Positions 19,161 through 27,399 of a stretch of 64,000 bases of DNA are shown here, in pieces (the first letter of the stretch is position 1; every line of letters begins with the position of its first letter). Both the position numbers and the translations under genes were made by a program. Origin of the DNA: a virus (Duplodnaviria > Heunggongvirae > Uroviricota > Caudoviricetes); the IMG/VR virus record IMGVR_UViG_2648501839_000008. One strand, written 5' to 3'. Under the pieces are notes generated by a model that saw nothing but the letters and a program-made list of their open reading frames with translations, was not told the origin of the DNA and searched no databases.

Positions 19161-19183
19161 AAAAAAGGCGACCGAAGTCGCCT
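19161..19183 (-). terminator. Rho-independent terminator (GGCGAC-CGAA-GTCGCC hairpin, T-run on minus strand)
   Basis: aaaaaaggcgaccgaagtcgcct just downstream of 19189..19941 gene end. Confidence 0.5.
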
Positions 19184-19188
19184 AATTG

Positions 19189-19941
19189 TTAATCTTTTAG
19201 ATATAAACCAACTGGGGTTCTTGTTTTGCGGGAGATGATAAGTACGATAAATTTCTCAACGTTAACTTGCACCTTATTTGGAAACCAAGAGCTTAATTCT
19301 GGATCAAGTAACAATCCTCTGTTCCACGGCAAAAAGCCGGTTTCTTTTCCCATCCCATATTCGCCTAACACATCCTCGAACGTCTCAGTTTTTGCGTTGT
19401 AAATTCTTACATCACCTGTTCGCATTAATGGACCGGCCCAGATTTTTGCGCCAGGAATGGTCTGATTGTAATCACAGACAAGATGTTCGTACCAATGAAG
19501 GAGGAAGCGATACGTGAGGTTGCACAGTCCCCTTTGCCTTATTGCTCTTTCTGTCTCAACACCTGCAATCTGATAGCAGTCAATCTCTACCCCATCCTCG
19601 ATGAATGTGTATTCACGCAATGCAATTCTGCCTGCTATCGTGTTTCTGCTCTGATCGAGCATGTCGGAACGCAGAATTGCTTGAATAATGTCCGAATCAG
19701 ACATTCCATCTTCGCCTCTGTCCAGAATGAAGTCCATCAGTTCACCCTGATCTCGTGCTCCAACTTTCTCCATCAGGATATACAGACAGATATCATCATC
19801 AGGCTCGATAATGGTTATTTCGGATATTTTGAAAAGCGATGCTTCGTTGATGAGGTAGCCAAAACGTGAAACGCGAGTTTCCCCACGGTGAGGAAACTCA
19901 TAAAGATTTTTAGAGTATGTGCGTTCTAGTGTAGGTGCCAT
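19189..19941 (-). CDS. Hypothetical protein
   Basis: 250-aa ORF. Confidence 0.45.
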   Translation of the reverse strand: MAPTLERTYSKNLYEFPHRGETRVSRFGYLINEASLFKISEITIIEPDDDICLYILMEKVGARDQGELMDFILDRGEDGMSDSDIIQAILRSDMLDQSRNTIAGRIALREYTFIEDGVEIDCYQIAGVETERAIRQRGLCNLTYRFLLHWYEHLVCDYNQTIPGAKIWAGPLMRTGDVRIYNAKTETFEDVLGEYGMGKETGFLPWNRGLLLDPELSSWFPNKVQVNVEKFIVLIISRKTRTPVGLYLKD

Positions 19942-20309
19942 CTTAGAGCAGTACCATCAGCAGTTGTATTGCTGACAATGCTACCATGAGTATTAAGAAA
20001 GCGGCGAATTGCACTCTCAATAATTTCAGAGAATTGGTCACTAAACCGTGCTAATTCAGGGTATTGTTTTGCTGGCTTCACAATGAAACGAACACGATCG
20101 TTCAGGAAAATCGCTTCAGCCAACGGTTTTACACTGGCACCAGCATTCTCAACATCGTCTTTGAAAGTTACGATGAAGCGAGTGTCTTTTGGCGCAGTCG
20201 CATCGTTGTTAAGTTTACGCACCTCAAGTTTGCGCTTATTCAGCACATGAGTTGCGATAACACTCGTGCAATCGCGAATTGTTTGTATAGAACGTTTTTC
20301 GTTCAGCAT
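19926..20309 (-). CDS. Hypothetical protein
   Basis: 127-aa ORF overlapping downstream gene by 16 nt. Confidence 0.4.
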   Translation of the reverse strand: MLNEKRSIQTIRDCTSVIATHVLNKRKLEVRKLNNDATAPKDTRFIVTFKDDVENAGASVKPLAEAIFLNDRVRFIVKPAKQYPELARFSDQFSEIIESAIRRFLNTHGSIVSNTTADGTALRWHLH

Positions 20310-20486
20310 GTGTCCACCTTAGCCGGTATTAACTTAATGTCATAGCGGCGACCCTTGTCAGGGTTTAGAGGCTACGAGTATGCGTCGCAGCATTAATGCA
20401 AGGGATGATTTACTTGACATCCATGTGCCAAATCTACCTTGTGCTCTAATAATATGCAAATTTTATGTTAGAAAACTCCTCTTCTG

Positions 20487-20717
20487 TTATGGTACTTTTC
20501 TGCCCCATCCACACAATCGCTCCCCTATCATATTGTGAAAAAGTACCTCTCTTTCAGTCTCTTCGGTCATGAGATCATCACGGCTGATGTATAGCGGTGT
20601 AGCCGCATCGCAGAAAAGCACACCAGCGGGTTGAGGCTTAATCACGCAACCACTTATTGTGCAACTCATGATGAACAGTAGAAGCATCCTTGCTCCGTAA
20701 CTCATCAAGTGTTTCAT
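20487..20717 (-). CDS. Putative o-spanin (outer-membrane lipoprotein, Rz1-like), overlapping i-spanin out of frame
   Basis: Lipobox-like LLFIMSCTISGC after internal Met (MKHLMSYG...); start trimmed from ORF-track 20795. Confidence 0.4.
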   Translation of the reverse strand: MKHLMSYGARMLLLFIMSCTISGCVIKPQPAGVLFCDAATPLYISRDDLMTEETEREVLFHNMIGERLCGWGRKVP

Positions 20718-20889
20718 TTTTGACGTCCAATGTGCTTTGAAGTCGTTTCCTGTCTTCCTGTTTTGCCTTCTCTTCCATTGCTCGTCGCGCCGCATTTCCG
20801 CCCATCGTGTAAGCGCCGACCAGAACGAAAAGAACGGCAGCCAGCGTAATCAAAGCAACTTTTAGCTTTGTCATCAGGCTGCCTAGCAT
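20638..20889 (-). CDS. Putative i-spanin (Rz-like: N-terminal TM, periplasmic coiled coil)
   Basis: N-terminal TM LKVALITLAAVLFVLVGAY followed by charged helical region; immediately after endolysin gene. Confidence 0.5.
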   Translation of the reverse strand: MLGSLMTKLKVALITLAAVLFVLVGAYTMGGNAARRAMEEKAKQEDRKRLQSTLDVKNETLDELRSKDASTVHHELHNKWLRD

Positions 20890-20890
20890 A

Positions 20891-21610
20891 TTAGACCATC
20901 CCTTTCTGGTGTCTTCTTACCTGCGACCAGGCAATGAATCCGGCCACAACAATAGTGGCAATGCCGAAGATGATGCGTACTGTATCCCCGCTAGAGATAT
21001 GACCTTGTGCCTTATCCATAGCAGCGGAAACCTGCGGCATAACATCGGCCAGCTGCGCCAGACCAATACCTGCTGTAACAGTTGCGCCTGCAGTTTCTTT
21101 AGTTACAGGAACAGCCTTCACGGTTTTCACCGGCTTAACGACGCCAGCTCGACGCAGACCTTCCTCAATAACTTCTGCCGCATACCAGGTGTTCAGCGTT
21201 TTTAGCGGACCTCGCCCATTCTCATGGCGAATGATTGCCTCAACCAAAGGTCGAAGAATGTCGTAATCATGCAGATCGATGATCATGTCTGCGGTTACAC
21301 CAACGGCTTTAGACACCTCATTAATGTAGGCGTCAGTGTTGTTTTCATTCGGCGGTGCCCAACGTTCAATAACTTCACGAATGGTATCGATACTTGAGCC
21401 GTCTTTTGCGCGACGTTTGTCGTGGTAGGTAATTAGAGTCACCGCCAGCGCACGAATCCCCCAAACAGGGTCTTTAAACGTGCAAAAGCGCGGTTCGTCT
21501 GGATTCGCAATCAGACCTTGCCACGGTGATCCTTTATCAAGATTACCGGGGTTATTATTACGAATGCCTCTCGGAGTCTTCATCCTTGATCTCCTGTTAT
21601 TGCAGTCCAT
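20891..21610 (-). CDS. Putative endolysin / peptidoglycan hydrolase with C-terminal hydrophobic segment
   Basis: Position in lysis cassette; N-terminal NNPGN motif region; C-terminal TM-like IIFGIATIVVAGFIAW. Confidence 0.5.
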   Translation of the reverse strand: MDCNNRRSRMKTPRGIRNNNPGNLDKGSPWQGLIANPDEPRFCTFKDPVWGIRALAVTLITYHDKRRAKDGSSIDTIREVIERWAPPNENNTDAYINEVSKAVGVTADMIIDLHDYDILRPLVEAIIRHENGRGPLKTLNTWYAAEVIEEGLRRAGVVKPVKTVKAVPVTKETAGATVTAGIGLAQLADVMPQVSAAMDKAQGHISSGDTVRIIFGIATIVVAGFIAWSQVRRHQKGMV

Positions 21611-21932
21611 TTTTTACGCCATACGCGGCTAACCCCAAAAGCAGTGCAGTAATAATGAACGACGTTATTTTAGAAACAATGCCGCCAAAGAACCCACTGG
21701 AGATGGAATCTAACCGGTTAAGGAGTTTGTCCAGGTTGGAGTGTTGAATACTATGTTGCGCCGGGGTCATATCACCAAAGTAGGTTTTCAGCTGATCATT
21801 GACCTCCTGGCCAATTTCTTCACGTAGCTCTTTACCTAATTTGCCAACAACCTCCCGAGCAACGATCGCGGCAATACGCTCAACTTGCTCTGTTGTAACG
21901 CCCGCCATCTCGTTCGACATGTTTTCCTCCAT
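21597..21932 (-). CDS. Putative holin / lysis membrane protein
   Basis: 111 aa with C-terminal TM ITSFIITALLLGLAAYGV; directly upstream of endolysin gene. Confidence 0.4.
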   Translation of the reverse strand: MEENMSNEMAGVTTEQVERIAAIVAREVVGKLGKELREEIGQEVNDQLKTYFGDMTPAQHSIQHSNLDKLLNRLDSISSGFFGGIVSKITSFIITALLLGLAAYGVKNGLQ

Positions 21933-22001
21933 GAAAAGTCAAATCGGGATGGCGGATTTATATCACATTTCACCTTCTTGTTGTAGGTGTGTACTTACTT
22001 A

Positions 22002-22232
22002 TCATTCAACATTGCAACGGACTGATGAGAAAGCACCTACTCCAACCCATCGCCAGTTATAGATGCTACCCGCTTTGTATAAGGTATAGTCGTTCACTTT
22101 TTTAACAGCATATATGGGTATGACTGTCTCCTGTCCACCAATGATAGCCTCACCATAACATATGGGTGTCGGCAATTTCTGACAGCCAGTAAGAGAGAGA
22201 ACAACAGCTATTGTTAGAAATAATCTTTTCAT
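22002..22232 (-). CDS. Small lipoprotein (possible superinfection exclusion / receptor-blocking protein)
   Basis: Signal peptide plus lipobox LSLTGC; 76 aa; sits between tail-fibre and lysis genes. Confidence 0.5.
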   Translation of the reverse strand: MKRLFLTIAVVLSLTGCQKLPTPICYGEAIIGGQETVIPIYAVKKVNDYTLYKAGSIYNWRWVGVGAFSSVRCNVE

Positions 22233-22242
22233 CGTTTACTCA

Positions 22243-22851
22243 TCAGTTATACAGATTTCTATTTATTACCGGTACTCTGCCATTTACGCTAAAACTATGG
22301 CCGCCATTAAGTTGGTTTACGAATATGGAACTAACAGTATTTCCATATGCCGCATATCCATAAACCATTGTCATGGCCCCGCCCGGTACTGGAACCGCGA
22401 ACACATTTGCATATGTTGGGATTATCGCTGGCGGGTAATCAAAAACATGCCCTCCAGAACTGTTCCACTCCGTATTATTAAGAAAGGTAAATGAAAGTGG
22501 GATATTTGCCGTATTATAGATCTCCTCTCCTCGCGCATTGAAAAAACTCATGCCCCAAGTTTCTTTTTTGGCTATACCTTTCGAAAATACGTATATCGTG
22601 GCACTAGAGTCGCTACCCTGACCTCCGAAACTGTAAATCACCTGGTTGTTACGCACTATTCTGTTGGCTATTAATGAAACAGCTTTCGAATAGGCAACAA
22701 AAATCATCGGTGAACGATCTGGAGATATTTGGGTGTTAAACTCTGTCCCGCCAGACAAAGAAACAACCTGCTTTCTCTGAAAAACGATAGGAGACAAAGA
22801 AGGAGACATCCAGACCTTCCCGTCAGATCGATATATCTTGCTTCCGTACAT
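22243..22851 (-). CDS. Tail fibre-associated protein (distal fibre or adhesin), tentative
   Basis: 202-aa ORF immediately downstream of tail-fibre genes. Confidence 0.35.
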   Translation of the reverse strand: MYGSKIYRSDGKVWMSPSLSPIVFQRKQVVSLSGGTEFNTQISPDRSPMIFVAYSKAVSLIANRIVRNNQVIYSFGGQGSDSSATIYVFSKGIAKKETWGMSFFNARGEEIYNTANIPLSFTFLNNTEWNSSGGHVFDYPPAIIPTYANVFAVPVPGGAMTMVYGYAAYGNTVSSIFVNQLNGGHSFSVNGRVPVINRNLYN

Positions 22852-23105
22852 TATTTTTGAAAAACCAATATGTTTAAATTGCCACTAGCTCCAGACCATG
22901 AAATGGTATTTCCAGAAACCGTAAGACTTGTGTATTTCCCATTGGTTACGTCCATTATGTAATAGTCGATTCCCAATCCCGCCTCAACCTCATATGTTCT
23001 ACTTCCAGAACCAGAGGGAGTAAAATAATCGAGGTAATAAACAGGGGCCAACGCATCGACCATCTCCTGTCTTGATGGCGACCATACCTGTGCACCATAG
23101 CTCAT
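22851..23105 (-). CDS. Hypothetical tail-associated protein
   Basis: 84-aa ORF abutting 22243..22851. Confidence 0.3.
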   Translation of the reverse strand: MSYGAQVWSPSRQEMVDALAPVYYLDYFTPSGSGSRTYEVEAGLGIDYYIMDVTNGKYTSLTVSGNTISWSGASGNLNILVFQK

Positions 23106-23165
23106 AAATATATCCTTATACTTTTAAGCAGGGGCTGGTTTAGTTCCAGCCCCGATTGAAGTTGT

Positions 23166-24788
23166 TTATTCTTTAGGTGAATTTAACTTCGTTTCAAGCT
23201 CCTCAACCCTTTTGGTCAATTGCTGAATATGATGAATGAGTGGTACAACCAAACGCTCATACATCACTCCTTCAGCGACCATACCATTTGAGGAAATATC
23301 TTCTGGAGAATCATTATTTGTTGGTTCACGCCAATGGACATATTGCGGGGCAATCTCACCAACCTCTTCAGCAATAAGGCCGTAATACCCCCAATCCTTT
23401 CGGTCACCTCGACAAATTGAACGATACCAAACAGGTCTTAATGACAAAAGTTCATCAGCATATCGATCTTGTAATGTTTCAATATCCTTTTTATAGCGCC
23501 TTGAAGATGTTGAACGCCAAACTGTATTGATACCTGGGTTTGGATCAATGTACATATTGGCACCGCTAGTAGTTGTGCCAATATCCCATATAGCAAACCC
23601 TCCACTACCGCCTGATTTGACAACCAGTGTTTCAGCAATAATATCCAGGTTGCCACTATAGCCTGTCAGTGATGATCTGCTTGCATAGGAACTTAGAAGG
23701 TTTGTTACCTCTGTTTTCGTATAAGCATTAAGGTTAGCCGCAGTCAAAGTAATATCGGCAGAGCCATCAAACGCCACACCAGCAATTTTCCTTGCTGTCT
23801 GCAATTTTGTGGCTGTTGCGGCATTACCAGTAGTATTCTGATTACCGGTTGTATTCACACCAGGGATTGAATCCTTAGCAGTATATACCTGCGCCCACGC
23901 TGACCATGCCGCATCTGTGGTATCTCTTCGTGAGCGAATGAAAACTGGCGCATGTGCACCGCTCGTACCACTCCAGCCAATAAGCAACTCGCCCTCACCA
24001 GCAGCACTCGCACCTTTCATGTGCAATACGTTGCCATACGTGGTCGGGTAGCTATTGTTGTACGCCTCGTACATTTGAATGCCAGCAGTGCCTTGAGTAG
24101 AGCCGCTTAATGCCGTAACTCGGCCACGAGATACCAGTGTATTAATGTTGATATCGCCTGAGCCATCAAACTTAACACCATTGATGTTTCTCGCTGTTTG
24201 CAACTTCGTAGCTGTTGAAGCATTACCGTTCAAACTACCATTTACGCCACCAGTCACATTTAGTCCATTACCAATTGATACCGCACCGCTGGTATTATTA
24301 ATTGTAATAGGTCGCAAACCGTTCCATGAACCTAATGTGTCTCCTGATGCTGTTAGCATGAAATATGTGTTCGATCCATCATTACGGATAAAGAACCCAA
24401 AGCTACCGTAAGCAATGCGGAAACCATTTGCATATTTTGAAATGATCTCGCCAGAAGATGTCAAACCTCCAGATAATGTACCACCGGTAAGAGGTAATGC
24501 ACCGACATCAGAGGCTGTTGGTTTGTTTTTCGTGTTATATACTCTTCGCCATCCCGGAGAATAATCTGTGCCATTAAATACATAGATAAACTCCGCATTA
24601 GTGAGAGCACCAGAGACACTCGTCGTTGTGGCCGTTGTTATACGGATCGTATAATTGTTTGAGCTACTACCGTTATTAAATACCTCTATAACAGCTCCTG
24701 CCAATGGAATAACGCCACAACCAGTTTCACTATTTGGTATGGTTGCACTATTGGCATAGGCCCACGCACTTTGTGTTAAATGCTCCAT
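23166..24788 (-). CDS. Tail fibre protein with C-terminal intramolecular chaperone (peptidase S74-like) domain
   Basis: C-terminal WRSTSSRRYKKDIE ... YGLIAEEV typical of auto-cleaving chaperone domains; shares GNAATATKLQTAR repeat modules with upstream fibre. Confidence 0.65.
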   Translation of the reverse strand: MEHLTQSAWAYANSATIPNSETGCGVIPLAGAVIEVFNNGSSSNNYTIRITTATTTSVSGALTNAEFIYVFNGTDYSPGWRRVYNTKNKPTASDVGALPLTGGTLSGGLTSSGEIISKYANGFRIAYGSFGFFIRNDGSNTYFMLTASGDTLGSWNGLRPITINNTSGAVSIGNGLNVTGGVNGSLNGNASTATKLQTARNINGVKFDGSGDININTLVSRGRVTALSGSTQGTAGIQMYEAYNNSYPTTYGNVLHMKGASAAGEGELLIGWSGTSGAHAPVFIRSRRDTTDAAWSAWAQVYTAKDSIPGVNTTGNQNTTGNAATATKLQTARKIAGVAFDGSADITLTAANLNAYTKTEVTNLLSSYASRSSLTGYSGNLDIIAETLVVKSGGSGGFAIWDIGTTTSGANMYIDPNPGINTVWRSTSSRRYKKDIETLQDRYADELLSLRPVWYRSICRGDRKDWGYYGLIAEEVGEIAPQYVHWREPTNNDSPEDISSNGMVAEGVMYERLVVPLIHHIQQLTKRVEELETKLNSPKE

Positions 24789-27306
24789 TATTTTGCAATA
24801 ACGTCACTAACTGTGCTGTTGTTATTGCTCCGCCATTACTTCCTGTAGTTAACCAACCAGTAGGAGATGCCGGGCAACCTATATTTGCTGGCGACAAGGA
24901 AATATTTGCCGAGCCGTCAAACGACACCCCATTGATAGTACGCGCAGTCTGCAACTTCGTTGCAGTAGCCGCGTTGCCCGTTGTATTCTGATTACCAGTC
25001 GTATTAACACCTGGCAAATTAATATTCGCAGTACCATCAAAGCTCACGCCGCCGATAGTTCTTGCCGTCTGAAGTTTTGTAGCAGTTGCAGCATTACCAG
25101 TGGTGTTCTGATTACCCGTAGTATTTACACCTGGAAGGTTGATATTTGCAGAACCGTCGAAACCAACTCCACCGATAGATCTTGCCGTCTGCAATTTCGT
25201 TGCTGTACTTGCATTACCATTTAATGTTCCGGTGATCCCACCAGTAACAGACAACGGACCTGAAACTGTTCCTCCGGTTGTTGGCAGTGCTCCAATATCT
25301 AACGGCGTCGGTTTCTGATGTGTGCTATACATCGTATAAACAACACCATCGGTAACGCTGGAAGGCTTACTCGCTGAATATGTTGGCGATGTATAAATAG
25401 AAACTGTCGCATTTGCAGTACAATCCCAATGGATATTTACACTAGTCGCATAATTGCCAATCTCAACGTAAATATCATATGTATCGCCGGATGTGTTGAT
25501 CCAGGCGAAATTCGTTAATCCGACGGCTGTACGCTTCCACAAAGCACCGGTAATCCCTTTGGGGTTTCCATTGCCTGCTCGTAGAACCAGTTCTGAAATG
25601 CCTGCCTGATGTGGGGAGCCGACGTTGTAACCAGCGCCACCAATCAATGCGATGTAAACGATGGAACTCGCTTGTGGCATGGTAACCGTAGCCAGTTTGA
25701 ACCACCCAGCCCCGCCAGAGAAAGACATCGTTACTGAATTTAAAGTACCAATATCTTTCGGCGTTAATGTGATATCCGCAGTCAGTGCTTTACCGTTAAC
25801 TTTTCGGTTAGATGGCACCCTGCTATTCGCATTGTCATTGGCTGCTTTAACTGCTTTTGGCGTTGCGGCCAGCGATTCACTGGTGCTGTCGACAGCACTG
25901 CTAAGTTTCACAACACCTTTGGTGGTAAGGCTTGCGTCTTCCATCGCAACGGCACCGGCAATCTCTTCAGCACGATCAGCGGCAGCTTCTGCACGGGTCG
26001 CAGCGGATTCAGCAGCAGCTTTGCTCTGAGATGCAGCCGTCGCACTGCCTGCCGCCTCTGTTGCTTTCGTGGATGCCGTTGAAGCACTCCCCTTCGCAGC
26101 TGATGCCTGCTTGGTCGCCTCATCTTTTGAAGCGGATGCCGAGGTGGCTGATGCAGACGCAGAACTTGCAGATTCAGCAGCTGCCTCTTTAGAGGAAGCG
26201 GCATTATCTTCAGAAGCCTTTGCATTTGTTTCAGAGGATTTTGCTGCCGATGCTGAATTTTTAGCGGCTGTAGCCTGATTCGTCGCCTCAGTCGCTTTTG
26301 CGGTAGCTGTTGTCGCTGACGACGACGCGCTTTCCGCAGATTTTCCTGCCGCAGTTGCACTTGATGAAGCACTATCCGCACTTGCTGAGGCTGCGCTTGC
26401 TGACGCTTCTGCCGCAGATTTCGAACTGTTTGCAGACGATGCACTCTGCCCGGCTGCCGTTTCAGATGCTTTTGCGTTTGTCTCTGACGCTTTTGCTGCC
26501 TTAGACGAATTTTCAGCTTCTGTTGCAAATGATGCAGCCGCGTTTGCACTCGATGAAGCGTTAGTCTCTGATGCTTTGGCTGCATCCTTAGATGCAGAGG
26601 CACTGGACGCAGATGTTGCTGCCTCCGATGCTTTGGTCGACGCTACAGACGCTGATTCTGCTGCCGCTAGATATGCTGATTCTGCGTTCGTTTCAGATTT
26701 TTTCGCAGCAGTTGCACTCGCACTTGCGGCACTTTGTGAGGATGCCGCAGCGGATGCACTTTGAGACGCTTGAGAGGCTTTTTCTCCAGCGGTATTGGCG
26801 CTTTCTGCTGCTGCGGCAGCACTGGCCGCCGCCTCACGAGCTTTGTCACCAGCGGCATCAATCGCGTCAGTGTTATTTTTATACCACTCAACGTTTTCGT
26901 TGTGCTCGTTGACGATCTGCATCAGCGGCTTAACGGTCACTTCTGTACCGTCTTCACGCTCGATTGTCACCTCATCCAGAGCAGTCAACCAACTACGCAT
27001 GGACTTGGAATCAGCCGACATACGCGACATTAGCGCGGTAAAGCGCGCGCTAAACTGTGTTAAGTCGCCTTCATAGGTAGTAATGATTCGGCACGGAACT
27101 TCAGACTGAGTTTCACCGGTATAAGGTTCTGAGAGAACAATGTTCGTATCGCTTGTTACGCGCTTGATCTCATACAGCTTATTGTCGGGGCCAATGACGA
27201 TCATCCCCGGCAACACACCATTAGCTGTTACGTTCCAGGCTGTCCCAACCCCAACCAGAGTATTACTACCCTGTGTAAATGTGATAGTACCTTCCCTGTA
27301 CCACAT
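24748..27306 (-). CDS. Side tail fibre protein, lambda Stf-like
   Basis: Ala/Ser-rich KASETNA repeats and segment AAGSATAASQSKAAAESAATRAEAAADRAEEIAGAVAMEDASLTTKGVVKLSSAVDSTSESLAATPKAVK closely resembling lambda Stf as recalled from memory. Confidence 0.8.
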   Translation of the reverse strand: MWYREGTITFTQGSNTLVGVGTAWNVTANGVLPGMIVIGPDNKLYEIKRVTSDTNIVLSEPYTGETQSEVPCRIITTYEGDLTQFSARFTALMSRMSADSKSMRSWLTALDEVTIEREDGTEVTVKPLMQIVNEHNENVEWYKNNTDAIDAAGDKAREAAASAAAAAESANTAGEKASQASQSASAAASSQSAASASATAAKKSETNAESAYLAAAESASVASTKASEAATSASSASASKDAAKASETNASSSANAAASFATEAENSSKAAKASETNAKASETAAGQSASSANSSKSAAEASASAASASADSASSSATAAGKSAESASSSATTATAKATEATNQATAAKNSASAAKSSETNAKASEDNAASSKEAAAESASSASASATSASASKDEATKQASAAKGSASTASTKATEAAGSATAASQSKAAAESAATRAEAAADRAEEIAGAVAMEDASLTTKGVVKLSSAVDSTSESLAATPKAVKAANDNANSRVPSNRKVNGKALTADITLTPKDIGTLNSVTMSFSGGAGWFKLATVTMPQASSIVYIALIGGAGYNVGSPHQAGISELVLRAGNGNPKGITGALWKRTAVGLTNFAWINTSGDTYDIYVEIGNYATSVNIHWDCTANATVSIYTSPTYSASKPSSVTDGVVYTMYSTHQKPTPLDIGALPTTGGTVSGPLSVTGGITGTLNGNASTATKLQTARSIGGVGFDGSANINLPGVNTTGNQNTTGNAATATKLQTARTIGGVSFDGTANINLPGVNTTGNQNTTGNAATATKLQTARTINGVSFDGSANISLSPANIGCPASPTGWLTTGSNGGAITTAQLVTLLQNNGAFNTKCVGLCQ

Positions 27307-27350
27307 GTTGAATATGCTCCTTGATTTGGTGGGCTATCCTTGCCCACCAT

Positions 27351-27370
27351 TAAGTAAGTACATACTTATT
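27351..27370. promoter_or_regulatory. O1 palindromic motif (GTAAGTA-N2-TACTTA) in intergenic gap upstream of Stf-like gene
   Basis: taagtaagtacatacttatt read directly. Confidence 0.4.
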
Positions 27371-27399
27371 TTTACCGATATAAATATTTTTTTCTACCA

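Noticed and set aside
25908-26603. 231-aa minus-strand ORF (Gln/Arg/Leu-rich) and several plus-strand ORFs inside the Stf-like tail-fibre gene
   Set aside because: Alternative-frame artefacts of the low-complexity Ala/Ser-rich repeat region; composition is not protein-like and they lie wholly within a well-supported gene.
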